From the NCBI RefSeq assembly GCF_000306885.1, contig NC_018267.1, positions 420,001-452,000 on the forward strand: a stretch of DNA of 32,000 nucleotides, in the 5' to 3' direction. The stretch's first letter is position 1, and each line of letters starts with the position of its first letter. The notes beneath the pieces were generated by a model. It saw nothing but the letters and a program-made list of their open reading frames with translations. It did not search any database and had not been told where the DNA came from. Shown here piece by piece: positions 8,985-19,894 of the stretch. Origin of the DNA: Wolbachia endosymbiont of Onchocerca ochengi. GTDB lineage: Bacteria > Pseudomonadota > Alphaproteobacteria > Rickettsiales > Anaplasmataceae. A program made the translations under genes and the position numbers.

Positions 8985-10246
8985 ACAGAAGAGTAATAGT
9001 TACTGGTGTTGGCTTAATTACTCCACTGGCAACAGATGTTAGAAATACTTGGCTTAAGTTAATAGATGGTAAATCTGGTGTAAGAGGGATCAGCAGGTTT
9101 AATGCTTCTGATCTTGCTTGTAAAGTTGCAGGACAAGTTCCCTTACAACATGATAATATTGATCACTGCTTTAATTCATTAGATTATGTTTCTAAAAAAG
9201 ATCTAAAAAGGACAGATCGTTTTATTCACTATGGTATTGCTGCTGCTGTTCAGGCAGTAGACGATTCACTAATTTTAGAAAGCCAAAATATTAATCGGGA
9301 ACGTATTGGTGTTACTGTTGGTTCCGGTATAGGTGGCCTTTCATCAATTCAAGAAAATGTAATTACTATGCAGGAAAAAGGACCTAGACGTGTTAGTCCA
9401 TTTTTTGTTCCTGCAAGTTTAATAAATTTGATATCTGGTCATATCTCTATTAAATATAAATTTATGGGCCCAAACGATTCAGCAGTAACTGCATGTGCAA
9501 CAGGTGCACATGCAATAATAAACTCAGCAAGAACTATAAAACTTGGCGAAGCAGATGTAATGATTGCAGGTGGATCAGAAAGTGCTCTGTGTAGAGTGGG
9601 AATTGCGGGTTTTGCATCTATGAAGGCATTATCAACTAGATTTAATGATAAGCCTGAAGAAGCTTCAAGACCATGGGATAAAGAACGTGATGGATTTGTT
9701 ATGGGTGAAGGAGCAGGTGTATTAGTTTTAGAAGAATATGAACATGCAAGGAAAAGAGAAGCAAAAGTATATGCTGAATTGGTTGGATATGGACTAACAG
9801 GGGATGCACATCACATTACATCGCCACATTTAGAAGGAAGGGGTGCATTCAAAGCAATGCAAATTGCCTTAAAGAGTGCGCAAATTAACCCAAATCAAAT
9901 TGGATATATTAATGCACATGGCACTTCAACACCGCTTGGAGATAAAATTGAAGTGATAGCAATAAAACGGTTATTTGGTGAACATGCTTATAAAGTACCG
10001 GTTTCTTCCACTAAGTCTTCTATAGGGCACTTGCTTGGCGCTGCAGGGAGCGTTGAAGCAATATTTAGCATCCTTGCATTAAATAACGGAATTACTCCAC
10101 CAACTTTAAATTTACATAAGCCTTCAGAAGGATGTGATTTAAATTTTGTACCGTTTAAGGCTCAAGAACACAAAATTCAATATGTACTTTCTAATTCATT
10201 TGGCTTCGGCGGCACTAACGCATCACTTATCTTTGGACAAGTATAA
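8981..10246 (+). CDS. fabF: 3-oxoacyl-ACP synthase II
   Basis: 421 aa with the active-site Cys context AVTACATGAHAI, the His motifs NAHGTSTPLGD and IGHLLGAAG, and a C-terminal NSFGFGGTNASLIF. Confidence 0.95.
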   Translation: MNRRVIVTGVGLITPLATDVRNTWLKLIDGKSGVRGISRFNASDLACKVAGQVPLQHDNIDHCFNSLDYVSKKDLKRTDRFIHYGIAAAVQAVDDSLILESQNINRERIGVTVGSGIGGLSSIQENVITMQEKGPRRVSPFFVPASLINLISGHISIKYKFMGPNDSAVTACATGAHAIINSARTIKLGEADVMIAGGSESALCRVGIAGFASMKALSTRFNDKPEEASRPWDKERDGFVMGEGAGVLVLEEYEHARKREAKVYAELVGYGLTGDAHHITSPHLEGRGAFKAMQIALKSAQINPNQIGYINAHGTSTPLGDKIEVIAIKRLFGEHAYKVPVSSTKSSIGHLLGAAGSVEAIFSILALNNGITPPTLNLHKPSEGCDLNFVPFKAQEHKIQYVLSNSFGFGGTNASLIFGQV

Positions 10247-10553
10247 TTCAGTTTTTTACTGGAATTGTTTATAGCTAAAATATACAAACATAGAGTTCTC
10301 TTATTTTATAGAGTAGTTACTTTTTATAAATTTTCTATCTTATACCATCTAAAAGTGCATAGTGAAGTTTAGATGGAAATAAATTTTGCTTTTCAGTAAG
10401 CTTATTGTTATTGAAAGATATTCAAGAAGCTTTTTTAGTCGATTGTGACCTAGATAAGTTGAGGAATAAATTTTATTTACTTTTGCAATATCTTAAGATC
10501 TAATGTCACTTTATCAGTAAAAAATATCAAAAAGGATTGTAATTTAGGCTAAT

Positions 10554-11483
10554 ATGTTTTTTACCCTTTTTCTTAAAATATTGCCTGTTTATATTACAAT
10601 ACTGATTGGTTGTTTGGCAGGGAAATACCTTAAAGTTGATAAAAATACTATATCTCAAATACTTTTTTATATAGCTAATCCAATAGTAATTCTATATGGA
10701 GTATCCCATACAGAGGTTAATTTAAAGGTAATTTCTTTGCCGATTTTAATATGGTTCATAGGTAGCACTATGTCCTTATCGGTTTATTATCTTTCTTCTT
10801 TTCTATTTAAAGATAACACGAAAAATATATTAGCATTTAGCTCAGGCAGTACAAGCATGGGTTATTTTGGCTTGCCAATTGCTATGACTTTATTTGATGA
10901 AGATTCAGTGTCTGTATATGTTGTCTGTTATATAGGAATGGCGCTGTTTGAAAATAGCTTAGGATTTTATATAGCTGCAAATGGTATATATACTGCGAAA
11001 GAATGTATGTTAAGATTGTTCAGGCTTCCTTCATCTTATGCGATGATTTTAGGCTTTTTTTTAAGTATATGCAATGTGCAAATACCTGCTTTTTTGATAG
11101 ATGTTATGATGAATATTAGAAGTACATTTATTACATTAGGAATGGTGCTGTTTGGAGTGAGTATTGTACAAATTACAAATTTTAAAATAGATTGGAAGCT
11201 TGCTTTAACTACTATTACAGCAAAGTACGTGTTCTGGCCATTATTTGTTTTAGGAATTGTTCTGATAGACAAACATATTATAGGTATATACGACGAGAGT
11301 ATATATAAAGCACTGATGTTGCTAGCTATTATTCCAGTTTCCGGATCTAGTGTGGTACTTGCTAATATTTTAAATTATCAACCAGATAGAGCTACTTTAT
11401 TACTTCTCATAAGTACCACAGTGGGACTGTTTTACGTCCCACTAATGATATCATTATTTTTTGCTAAACTTATTCCTTTTTGA
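10554..11483 (+). CDS. AEC (auxin efflux carrier) family permease
   Basis: 309 aa with about 10 TM segments. The N-terminus ILPVYITILIGCLAGKYLKVDKNTISQILFYIANP is typical of the Mem_trans/AEC family. Confidence 0.8.
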   Translation: MFFTLFLKILPVYITILIGCLAGKYLKVDKNTISQILFYIANPIVILYGVSHTEVNLKVISLPILIWFIGSTMSLSVYYLSSFLFKDNTKNILAFSSGSTSMGYFGLPIAMTLFDEDSVSVYVVCYIGMALFENSLGFYIAANGIYTAKECMLRLFRLPSSYAMILGFFLSICNVQIPAFLIDVMMNIRSTFITLGMVLFGVSIVQITNFKIDWKLALTTITAKYVFWPLFVLGIVLIDKHIIGIYDESIYKALMLLAIIPVSGSSVVLANILNYQPDRATLLLLISTTVGLFYVPLMISLFFAKLIPF

Positions 11484-11545
11484 TTAGAAACTTGGACAGT
11501 GTGACGTTATATGTACACTGACTACTGATTGAATATGGTCTTATA

Positions 11546-13021
11546 TCAAACTAAGCTACGTAGTTCAATTATCCTACCACAATTTTGCTCGATTACATTT
11601 GCTACATTCAATATTCCAGCTTCATCATAATAGTTTCCAATTACTTGTAAAGCAAGTGGTAGCCCTTCACTAGAAAGTCCAACAGGAATAGAAATAGCAG
11701 GTAGGCCAGCTAAACTTGCTGGTACAGTAAAAACATCATTGATGCACATAATTATCGGGTCTGGCTTTTCATTTAAGCCAAAAGCTTCTGTCGGAGCGGA
11801 TGGAACAAGTATGTAATCTACTTTCTCGAATGCTTTTATAAAATCATTCCTGATTAATGCTCTAATACATTGTGCTTTTTCATAATATTCATTATAATGA
11901 CCTGAAGAAAGTGCATAAGCACCGATGAGGATTCTTCTTTTCACTTCTTTTCCAAAACCTTCTGCTCTTGTTAGTGAGTACATTTCTTCAAGGGTATCAG
12001 CATCAGCTCTGAATCCGTAATGCACACCATCGTAGCGAGCAAGATTAGATGAAGCTTCAGCAGAGCAGATTAAATAGTAGACTGGTATTGCATATTTAGT
12101 GTATGGCAAGGCAATATCAACAATTTTAGCACCGCTTTCTTTTAAATTGGAAGAAACTTTTTCCCAATAGTGGACGATTTCTTCTGAAATTCCATCCATT
12201 CTATACTCTTTTGGTATACCAATGCTTTTGCCCTTAATATCACCACTTATAAGGCTAGAAAACTTAGGTACTAGCCTTTCGCTTGATGTTGAGTCTTTAT
12301 TATCATAGCCACAAATTGTTTCCAGCATTAATGCTGAGTCAGAGACAGAACGGGTTATAACTCCTGCTTGATCCAAAGAACTTGCAAATGCGATCATGCC
12401 AAAACGTGAACACCTCCCATAGGTTGGTTTTATTCCAACTACTCCACAATAAGCTGCTGGTTGGCGTACAGATCCACCGGTGTCACTTCCGAGTGCTCCA
12501 GCGCATAAGAATCCGGCAACTGCTGATGCAGATCCGCCAGATGATCCACCAGGTACAACCTTTTCCCCATCACTTTTCCTAGTCCAAACATTTTCAACAG
12601 GACCAAACCAGCTGTTTGTGTTTGCGGAGCCCATAGCAAATTCATCCATGTTAAGCTTACCAAGCATGGCTGCTCCGCTTTTTAGAAGCAATTTAGATAC
12701 TGTAGATTCGTAAGTAGGAACGAAGTTTTCTAGCATTTTTGAACATGCTGTTGTTTTTATTCCTTTTGTGCAGAATAAATCTTTGACCCCAACTGGTATG
12801 CCCATGAGCGGTGGAGTTATATCGTCTTTCTGTTTTGAAAAATGTTCATCTGCTGCTTTAGCGGCTTTTATTGCTATTTCTGGAGTTTTTGTTACAAATG
12901 CATTTAGTTTCTCATCTTCAACTGCATTGATATGTACCTCTGTAAGTTCAACAGCGGAAAAATCTTTTCGATTGAGCCCATCACGCATCTCTGTAATGCT
13001 TAACTTTCTTAGTTCATTCAT
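11546..13021 (-). CDS. gatA: Asp-tRNA(Asn)/Glu-tRNA(Gln) amidotransferase subunit A
   Basis: 491 aa with the amidase signature GGSSGGSASAVA and GSDTGGSVRQPA. No gatC or gatB is adjacent. Confidence 0.95.
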   Translation of the reverse strand: MNELRKLSITEMRDGLNRKDFSAVELTEVHINAVEDEKLNAFVTKTPEIAIKAAKAADEHFSKQKDDITPPLMGIPVGVKDLFCTKGIKTTACSKMLENFVPTYESTVSKLLLKSGAAMLGKLNMDEFAMGSANTNSWFGPVENVWTRKSDGEKVVPGGSSGGSASAVAGFLCAGALGSDTGGSVRQPAAYCGVVGIKPTYGRCSRFGMIAFASSLDQAGVITRSVSDSALMLETICGYDNKDSTSSERLVPKFSSLISGDIKGKSIGIPKEYRMDGISEEIVHYWEKVSSNLKESGAKIVDIALPYTKYAIPVYYLICSAEASSNLARYDGVHYGFRADADTLEEMYSLTRAEGFGKEVKRRILIGAYALSSGHYNEYYEKAQCIRALIRNDFIKAFEKVDYILVPSAPTEAFGLNEKPDPIIMCINDVFTVPASLAGLPAISIPVGLSSEGLPLALQVIGNYYDEAGILNVANVIEQNCGRIIELRSLV

Positions 13022-13490
13022 TAATATTCAATTTTTAGCAAAACATTAATTATAACAACAATAGGATAAAGGGTCTATACATTTATAGTTATAGCTAGAA
13101 ATGTAATTAAGGTAACTTGGATTACCAAAATGAGTTTATAATTAAAGTTGATAGCATACTTTTGAAGTATCATCTCAATGTATATCATATGAATATTGTG
13201 ATTTGATAGTTCCGCAGCAAAACACAGTGTTCCAAGCTTCTTAGAATTGGAATAATATAGTGTTTGTTGTTAAAATTTAGAATTTATTAGCCATTTTTAT
13301 TTTAATATAATTAAATCCACTAATGTAAATAGTGAATTACTATTCTTAAATTTGACTAAATTGATTGTAGAAGAAAGAATTTTCAATAGGTCGTTTTATA
13401 ACCTTAGCTATAAGCTAACTTACTATGCAACAAGCAAGGTTAGCTTGTAAAAGTAGTCTTTACTCTTTGTTTTGCTATAAAACAATTGAA

Positions 13491-13518
13491 TTGACTTTAT
13501 ATGAGTAATCAATATAAC
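13491..13518 (+). promoter_or_regulatory. Candidate sigma70-type promoter for tRNA-Glu
   Basis: TTGACT (13491-13496), a 16-nt spacer, then TATAAC (13513-13518), ending 17 nt before the tRNA 5' end. Such matches are common by chance in AT-rich DNA. Confidence 0.35.
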
Positions 13519-13535
13519 TTAGTCAATTGCATATT

Positions 13536-13607
13536 GACTCTTTCGTCTAGTGGTTAGGACATCACTCTTTCACGGTGGTAACACGGGTTCAAATCCCGTA
13601 AGAGTCA
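13536..13607 (+). tRNA. tRNA-Glu (anticodon UUC)
   Basis: Folded by hand as a cloverleaf. The acceptor stem is GACTCTT/AAGAGTC, the D stem GTCT/GGAC and the anticodon stem TCACT/GGTGG, with loop CTTTCAC. The T arm is ACGGG-TTCAAAT-CCCGT and the discriminator is A. CCA is not encoded. Confidence 0.93.
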
Positions 13608-13722
13608 TATTGGGCTAACTAGTATGGTTGGTGTCATATCTAGAAGCAATGAAATGCTTTATTTTTTGGCCAGAAAGTTTTTATTTCTTGTTTTTGGCTT
13701 CTTTGATATTTAGGTTGATTGC

Positions 13723-14430
13723 TTAAGTTAAATTGGTTTTCTTACTATTATTAATTTTTCCTATCATTAACTCGGCAGCTTTTTGTTCGGCAACCTTTTT
13801 GCTAGAAGCACATGCAGAAACTCTGCCATGATTTTTTATGTAAACTGATATAGTAAATTCTGGATTATGTGCTGGTCCAGTCTGTTTTTTAAGTTCATAC
13901 TTTGGTAAGGGTAGTTTATTTTTCTGTGTCCATTCTTGTAGCGAGGTTTTAGGGTCTTGAGGGGGATTGAGCATATATTTAGCTAGCTTTTCCCAATATT
14001 GGGTGACAAATCTTTCAACATTTCTAAATCCGCCGTCAATGTAAATCGCACCTATTAGTGCTTCAAGTGCGTTTTCTAAATTTTTTAGGTTGTATTTTCC
14101 TCCATTACATTGCTCACTGTTATCCATGATAATAAAATCACCCAATTTTATCACTTTGGCAACATTAGCAATAGTACTACCACAGACTAAGTCTGTTTTT
14201 CGTTTTGCCAACCTCCCTTCTTTTTCTTTAGGAAAGAGTTTAAATAGTATAGTAGACACAACCATATTTAGAATACTGTCACCTAGAAACTCTAGTCTTT
14301 CATAATTTTCAATTTGGTTTTTGCTGTTTCGTTTATTTAAGCTTGGATGGGTTAATGCTTCTTTTAGAATAGAATAATTTTTAAACCTATAGTTAATAAT
14401 TTCGGATATAGTATCGTTTAAGTTTTGCAT
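13723..14430 (-). CDS. rnc: Ribonuclease III
   Basis: Has the signature ERLEFLGDSILN and a C-terminal dsRBD-like region. The ORF track starts at a GTG (14454). I prefer the ATG at 14430 (MQNLNDTISEI...), which matches usual RNase III N-termini. Confidence 0.92.
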   Translation of the reverse strand: MQNLNDTISEIINYRFKNYSILKEALTHPSLNKRNSKNQIENYERLEFLGDSILNMVVSTILFKLFPKEKEGRLAKRKTDLVCGSTIANVAKVIKLGDFIIMDNSEQCNGGKYNLKNLENALEALIGAIYIDGGFRNVERFVTQYWEKLAKYMLNPPQDPKTSLQEWTQKNKLPLPKYELKKQTGPAHNPEFTISVYIKNHGRVSACASSKKVAEQKAAELMIGKINNSKKTNLT

Positions 14431-14511
14431 GTTTGTTATCTTGGAAAGAAACACTTCCTATTTTATACCTTTATATCAGAAAATTAGTTTTATTCTATTA
14501 AAATAAAGTTG

Positions 14512-15609
14512 CTAAAACTCACAATCACAACCCACTGCCTCACTGATGTTACTAAGTCCATCTCTTCTTATTAGCTCTGCAAGCTCCAGATTGATTTTAT
14601 TCACGATTTGAGGTCCGTGATATATGAGAGCAGTATATAGTTGTACTAAAGATGCTCCTGCCTTTATTTTTTTGTATGCATCAATACCACTTGAAATCCC
14701 TCCGCACCCTATCAATAACATTTTGCCTTTGGTAAGTTTATACATATCACTCAATAGCTCAGTTGAAAGTTTGAACAACGGCCTGCCACTCAGTCCACCA
14801 CTCTCATTATAATGAAAGTACAGATTATCTCGATTAACTGTAGTGTTGCTTACTACCAAGCCATCAATTTTATATTCTAATGCAAGCTCAGCAATGTTTT
14901 CTTTCGTTTGTTGGTCTATATCTGGTGAGATTTTTAGCATTATAGGAGTATATTTAGCACTGTTAATTGACTGCCTGGTTAGAGTTATGGATTTCAGTAA
15001 TTCTGATAATTCTTGTTTATTGTGCAAGTTGCGTAAATTGGGTGTGTTTGGAGATGAAATGTTCAGCACTATATAGTTGCTTTTTCCATGTACCATCTTT
15101 ATTAGGTCAATATAATCACTGATTTTGTTTTGTGATATGCTATTTTTCCCTATATTGATTCCAAAAATGTCATTATTAAGCCTAATTTTGTTTATTTGTT
15201 TGAGAAAGTAACCTATTCCTTTATTGTTAAATCCCAATCTATTGATTATTCCTTCATCTTGGGTTAACCGGAAGATTCTTGGCTTTTTATTTCCATATTG
15301 GGGGTATTTAGTTACAGTTCCAGCTTCAATAAACCCAAAACCAAATGAGAGCATGGAGCTTATAACTTCCGCATTCTTGTCAAAACCTGCAGCAAGACCT
15401 ACGGGGCTCTTAAGTTTGTTATTAAAGAAGTTTACGTTTAAAGACTCAGGTAGGTGTTCTGTGGGTTTTTTGTAAGGTATCTTTTTTAGAATCATGATTA
15501 CCAATGAATGGGCAATTTCAGGTGGTAACAAAAGCAGTAAGTTATGTAGTGTCATTCCTATAATGATACTCTTCAACTTATTTTCTATCATAAAATACTG
15601 TGGAAGCAT
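14512..15609 (-). CDS. pyrD: Dihydroorotate dehydrogenase (quinone), class 2
   Basis: Contains GLAAGFDKN, GFNNKG, NISSPNTPNLR, GGLSGRPL and GCGGISSG. The start is uncertain: ATGs at 15609, 15591 and 15555 are all in frame. Homology to E. coli PyrD begins near LLLLPPEIAH, which favours a downstream start. Confidence 0.92.
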   Translation of the reverse strand: MLPQYFMIENKLKSIIIGMTLHNLLLLLPPEIAHSLVIMILKKIPYKKPTEHLPESLNVNFFNNKLKSPVGLAAGFDKNAEVISSMLSFGFGFIEAGTVTKYPQYGNKKPRIFRLTQDEGIINRLGFNNKGIGYFLKQINKIRLNNDIFGINIGKNSISQNKISDYIDLIKMVHGKSNYIVLNISSPNTPNLRNLHNKQELSELLKSITLTRQSINSAKYTPIMLKISPDIDQQTKENIAELALEYKIDGLVVSNTTVNRDNLYFHYNESGGLSGRPLFKLSTELLSDMYKLTKGKMLLIGCGGISSGIDAYKKIKAGASLVQLYTALIYHGPQIVNKINLELAELIRRDGLSNISEAVGCDCEF

Positions 15610-16425
15610 AGCCGTAATTTTTAAAAAGGTGTTCTCATTGATTTTACTTGTAAATAATAGGTAAAAGCTTTTTTCACAAAGTTTATTATTGCTATTATCT
15701 GATTCTTCTTCTTATTTCGATAGTGAGAGACTTCAAAAAATTTAGCTCTGAGCACTTAAGTTGTTCAGTACTGCTTCAATTGAGATTATGAGGCGGTCTA
15801 GCTTGGTATTAAAATTTCTGAATTTAATAGAAACACTGGCTATCTTTTTGGAAACCAATGGCTTAGTGTTTAAGAAAGTAATTATGTTATAAAAGGTATG
15901 ATTTCTGGTTGTAAAATCATGGCGGATTATTTTTCTTAAGCAGTGTTGATATGTTATAATTTTCTTATCTTAATGGTGCGAGATAGTTACTTTAGGAAGT
16001 AAAGAAAAAAACATTATAGTACGAGCAAGGGAGACATACTTTTTGAATTGCTGTAAATGGCGTTGATTAATGAAAAATTAACGTCTAAAGTAGTTGTTGT
16101 TAATGCTTTATAAAATAGTAAATGCGCTGAGGTTATTGAATTTAGGTCATATAGTAAAACTTTTGAGCAAGCAATTTCTCTGTTGAAAATAGTGGTGTGG
16201 TTAGTGCAACGAGTAAGTATATTATCTTCCATTTTGGGAACTTATAATGGGTGTAATACAGGATTTGGTAGTTACAACTAAAACTGTGGCAAGATTGTTA
16301 ACTTGCTAAAGGAATTGAGATTTTGAACTCAATACATAACCAGGTAGACTTAGGTTTGTTAAGGTAAGTTAGTCACTAAAAATACTGCTAAATTAAGTAG
16401 TTTTTCAAGATATAGAAAACGAGAA

Positions 16426-16497
16426 AGGCCAGGACCGGAATTGAACCGGTATAAAAGGATTTGCAATCCTCCGCATAAACCATTCTGCCACCTAGCC
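16426..16497 (-). tRNA. tRNA-Cys (anticodon GCA)
   Basis: Folded on the reverse complement. The acceptor stem is GGCTAGG/CCTGGCC and the anticodon stem GAGGA/TCCTT, with loop TTGCAAA. The T arm is ACCGG-TTCAATT-CCGGT. It lies 5 nt downstream of the fba stop on the same strand. Confidence 0.93.
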
Positions 16498-16502
16498 GAT
16501 TT

Positions 16503-17399
16503 TTATGCGTAGATATCCATTATATCTTTTAGCATAGATAAAGCCTCTTCTCTTTTTCTTTGAAAAGAGTTGCGACCAATGATTGAACCATTACCACCAC
16601 CATGCTTAATTTCCTTTGCCTCATTATATATATCATTTGCTGATTTTGACTCACCACCAGAAAAAACTATTATTCTTTTTCCTGCAAAGCAAGATTTTCT
16701 GACATATTTAATCCTTTTAGATAAGGAATCAATATTTTCAACCTTTATTTTTTCTTTTTCTAAGTGGATAGTTGGAAGTTTTACTTTTATTATGTTCGCA
16801 CCAAGCAAAGCTGCTACGTGTGCAGCGTAGGAAATAACGTCAACTGCTGTTTCACCTTCTTTGGAAATTCCTTCACCGCGTGGATAAGACCATAGTACTA
16901 CTGCGAGTCCACAAGATTTAGCCTCAGATATGATTTCACAGGCTTCTTCTATCATATCAAAGCACTTAGCAGAACCAGGATATATGGTGAATCCAACAGC
17001 TGTACAGCCTAAACGCAGTGCATCTTTTACAGAAGCAGTGATTGCCTGATCGGAAGTTAAACTTTTAGAATGTAAAGAGTTCGAGCTATTGAGTTTTAGG
17101 ATAAGTGGCAGCATTCCGGCATAAGTTGAAACACCAGCTTCAATCATACCAAGCGGGGCAGCGTATGCGTTGACTCCTGAATCAATTGCAAGTTGAAAAT
17201 GATAATGCGGATCATAAGCATCAGGGTTAACTTCAAAGCTTTTGATTGGTCCATGCTCAAACCCTTGGTCTACAGGGAGAATTACTAATCTACCAGTTCC
17301 GCCAAGTTTTCCATGCATGAGAATACGAGTGAGGTTTGCTTTTACCCCAGGGTTTTCACTTTCGTAGTAACTTAGAATTTGTTTTACTTTGTCACTCAT
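16503..17399 (-). CDS. fbaB: Class I fructose-bisphosphate aldolase (DhnA/FbaB-type, DeoC/LacD aldolase family)
   Basis: 298 aa. The N-terminus LTRILMHGKLGGTGRLVILPVDQGFEHGP and the strand IIKVKLP are typical of DhnA-type class I aldolases. Confidence 0.85.
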   Translation of the reverse strand: MSDKVKQILSYYESENPGVKANLTRILMHGKLGGTGRLVILPVDQGFEHGPIKSFEVNPDAYDPHYHFQLAIDSGVNAYAAPLGMIEAGVSTYAGMLPLILKLNSSNSLHSKSLTSDQAITASVKDALRLGCTAVGFTIYPGSAKCFDMIEEACEIISEAKSCGLAVVLWSYPRGEGISKEGETAVDVISYAAHVAALLGANIIKVKLPTIHLEKEKIKVENIDSLSKRIKYVRKSCFAGKRIIVFSGGESKSANDIYNEAKEIKHGGGNGSIIGRNSFQRKREEALSMLKDIMDIYA

Positions 17400-17426
17400 T
17401 GTTACTATAACTCAAATTAATTTTAA

Positions 17427-17454
17427 ATTATAACAAGGGTAAAGCTTAGTACAA
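17427..17454 (-). promoter_or_regulatory. Candidate extended -10 promoter for fba
   Basis: The minus strand reads TTGTAC, a 16-nt spacer ending in TGT, then TATAAT. The -10 element ends 27 nt upstream of the fba ATG. This rests on sequence pattern only. Confidence 0.3.
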
Positions 17455-17524
17455 GAGTTTTGTAAACGATATTAAAAGTAATCTTATTTACTTGTTTATT
17501 TATATAAATCCTTAATTTTTTCCT

Positions 17525-19877
17525 TTAATTAATTACTAATTCAGTATCTTTCTTAATTAAGTAATTTTTTATTTCTTCTCCAATTGGTCTTTTTATTGGA
17601 TTTGCTCCCATTTCCTTACTGTAGCCAGTTTGTATAAGGTAAAATTTTACTTCTTCCTTCACTGAGCAGATTATGTCTTTTTGCATGAGCTGTGTTTTTA
17701 GTTCATGAGCGAATTTATCCATAATATGCAGGATTATATCTATATTTAAGTCAGAGAAAGAAATAACAACATCGAGACGATTATGGAATTCATGACTAAA
17801 AACCTGCCTCTATTGCTTTTTTGCTATCACCAATGTTAAGATCCTTATATTTAAAACTAATGGAGTTTTTACTGCGTTCAGATATCTCTATGTTGGTTGT
17901 CATAATTAAAATTATATTAGTAAAGTTAAAACTTTATGCCTGTAGGTGCTTATAATACAATTATAATCTATGATTTGTAGTAATATATTAATAAATATCG
18001 CTTGTGAGCTTTCTTGATTTCATTAGGAAGTACGACATTATATTGACTGTTAGATACATTTTCTGTAAACAGTCTACCTTGGTTATAACTTATAATATAT
18101 CCATGGGGGAACTAATTATTCTAGATATTGAATAAGATACTTTATATTTGGATATGTCAAAATGTACAAGATTCATATTCATATTTTTGCTAGCTGTTTT
18201 CATAAGTTCAGTTTTACCTATGCTTGTTGGTCTGTAAAGAGATAATTAGTTAGAGGTTTATTATAATTTTTCAGCTCGAATTTAGCATTTTTAATGAAAT
18301 TAACAAGAGGTTCTATCGGCTTACCCTTGACCAAAAATTATCTTCTCGAGATTCTCTTTTAGAGGTTTGACTTTTGTATGTTATCAAATTCAGATCTATA
18401 AAATATGTTTGTAATCCTAGTGATAATTTCTTGATATCTTTGCTGTTTGCAATTTTTCGTTTGTTTTCTTTTGTAAATTGTAATATGCCTATGCTTTATC
18501 AGATAATGTCTGCACCACTAATATGTTTATATGAAAGTTTAATTGCAGCCTTAATGGCGTGTTTTGTATAATATACTACTACTTTCATAGTAGGACTTTG
18601 TACCGTTTAGTATTTTTATTGCCTCGTTAACAGAAGATTCTTTCATATTAATCTTTTGAAACCTTCTTACTAATGCTTTGTCCTTTTCAAAGCTATTGTT
18701 GTATTCTCTGTATGTAGTTGTACCTATACGATGCAATATGTGTACAAGTTTAAATGGATTACCAGTAGCATCAAGAAAGTTACCACTTGTTGAATCTGCT
18801 TCAGTAATAGTGTGTGTATTTCATCGATGAAAAGGATGCACCAGGTTTTGTCTCGATTGTTTTTATTATAGATTTTATTTTCTCTTTAAAGTTTCCTCTA
18901 TAGGGAGTTCTTGCAAGGAATGAACCTAAATCTAAAGCATAAATTATGCTGGACTTCAGCGTATTGGAGGCACTACCTAATGCTAAATCTTTTTCAACTA
19001 TCATAGTTTTACCAATATTTAGTCCCTGACATATAGAAAATTATTTTTTATGTCTTAATAAGATTTCTATAGTACGTTCTAATTCATAACCACGAACGAT
19101 AACATAGTCTATTTTTCTTACTTCTTCGCATAATCATTTAAATTTTTGCAATAACTTTGCAGAGCTTTTTCATTTTTATAATAGCTTATCTTTATTTACT
19201 ATAGTAGAGATATCGTTATTTTTATCAAATTTTTCTTTATGATTAGTAGTGTGTTCATATATATCATTTGAACATTTTATATTAGATATATGATAAACTA
19301 AATTAGAATTCTTTGTATTTTGTTTCTGCAATAGATCCTCAGTATATAGATCTGTTTAGATAAATTTCTACTAGAACATTTACTATTTATTTTTTCTTTC
19401 TAGGCTACAAGCTTATATTACGACTATATGTATTTATGCGTTGAAATAATGAATCAGGCCTAGTTCTATTGATGATCATTTCAGAAGTATCTTCTAGAGG
19501 ACCTGTTATGTTATTACCATAATAGCTATTAATTTTGACACTATATCTATATCTTGATAGAATATTGTTTATATTGATGCTTATCTTGATGGACATCATT
19601 TACAATCACATCTTTAGTTAATGCTAACAGTAAATGTTCTATTTGTGTGTACTTAAAATTGAAAATCAGAAGTAATTGGCAATATTCTATTTAAACTGCC
19701 TTTAAATTTTTATAAATCATCTTTTGCTTTAGAAAATGGGAACTTATATATAATTGATAGCATACAATTATTAAAAAAACTGAGTCCAGTTTGTTGTAGA
19801 TAAGCTTTTTGTAATATGTCACTTCTGTAGTGGTTTCGGTATGAAAGTTGTTTATTATTATGTTTGTAAGATACCAT
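17525..19877 (-). pseudogene. clpA: Decayed clpA (ATP-dependent Clp protease ATP-binding subunit)
   Basis: Colinear ClpA fragments lie in different frames, separated by stops. DLGSFLARTPYRGNFKEKIKSIIKTIE (in 18801-19004) corresponds to DIGSLLAGTKYRGDFEKRFK. IGTTTYREYNNSFEKDKALVRRFQKINMKE (in 18551-18736) corresponds to VIGSTTYQEF..FEKDRALARRFQKI. RPTSIGKT (18210-18233) is a relic of the D2 Walker A motif. FSHEFHNRLDVVISF is followed by the 65-aa C-terminal ORF with GANPIKRPI (17525-17722). The total span matches a protein of about 780 aa. Confidence 0.85.
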
Positions 19878-19894
19878 ATATACTATACTACCTA

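Noticed and set aside
12382-13049. Four plus- or minus-strand ORFs of 66-93 aa inside gatA (12382-12582, 12439-12663, 12480-12713, 12768-13049).
   Set aside because: All lie within, or antisense to, the well-supported gatA frame. They arise because this stretch has few stop codons in the alternative frames.
13404-13446. Nested hairpins upstream of tRNA-Glu: TTAGCT-ATA-AGCTAA, and AAGCTAAC ... GTTAGCTT.
   Set aside because: The stems are short (6-8 bp), lie about 90 nt upstream of the tRNA, and are followed by no U-tract or known motif. I cannot assign a function.
13670-13697. A possible bidirectional terminator between the convergent tRNA-Glu and rnc (CCAGAAA-N7-TTTCTTG followed by TTTTT).
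   Set aside because: The stem is only 7 bp with a mismatch and is AT-rich. It is too weak to call.
14090-15475. Plus-strand ORFs of 62-83 aa antisense to rnc and pyrD.
   Set aside because: They are shadow ORFs opposite conserved enzymes and have no independent support. The same reasoning applies to 2159-2371, 2399-2605, 6094-6351, 6553-6741, 11036-11272, 16570-16830, 21315-21635, 24985-25209, 25568-25870, 26270-26464, 27806-27991 and 30602-30871.
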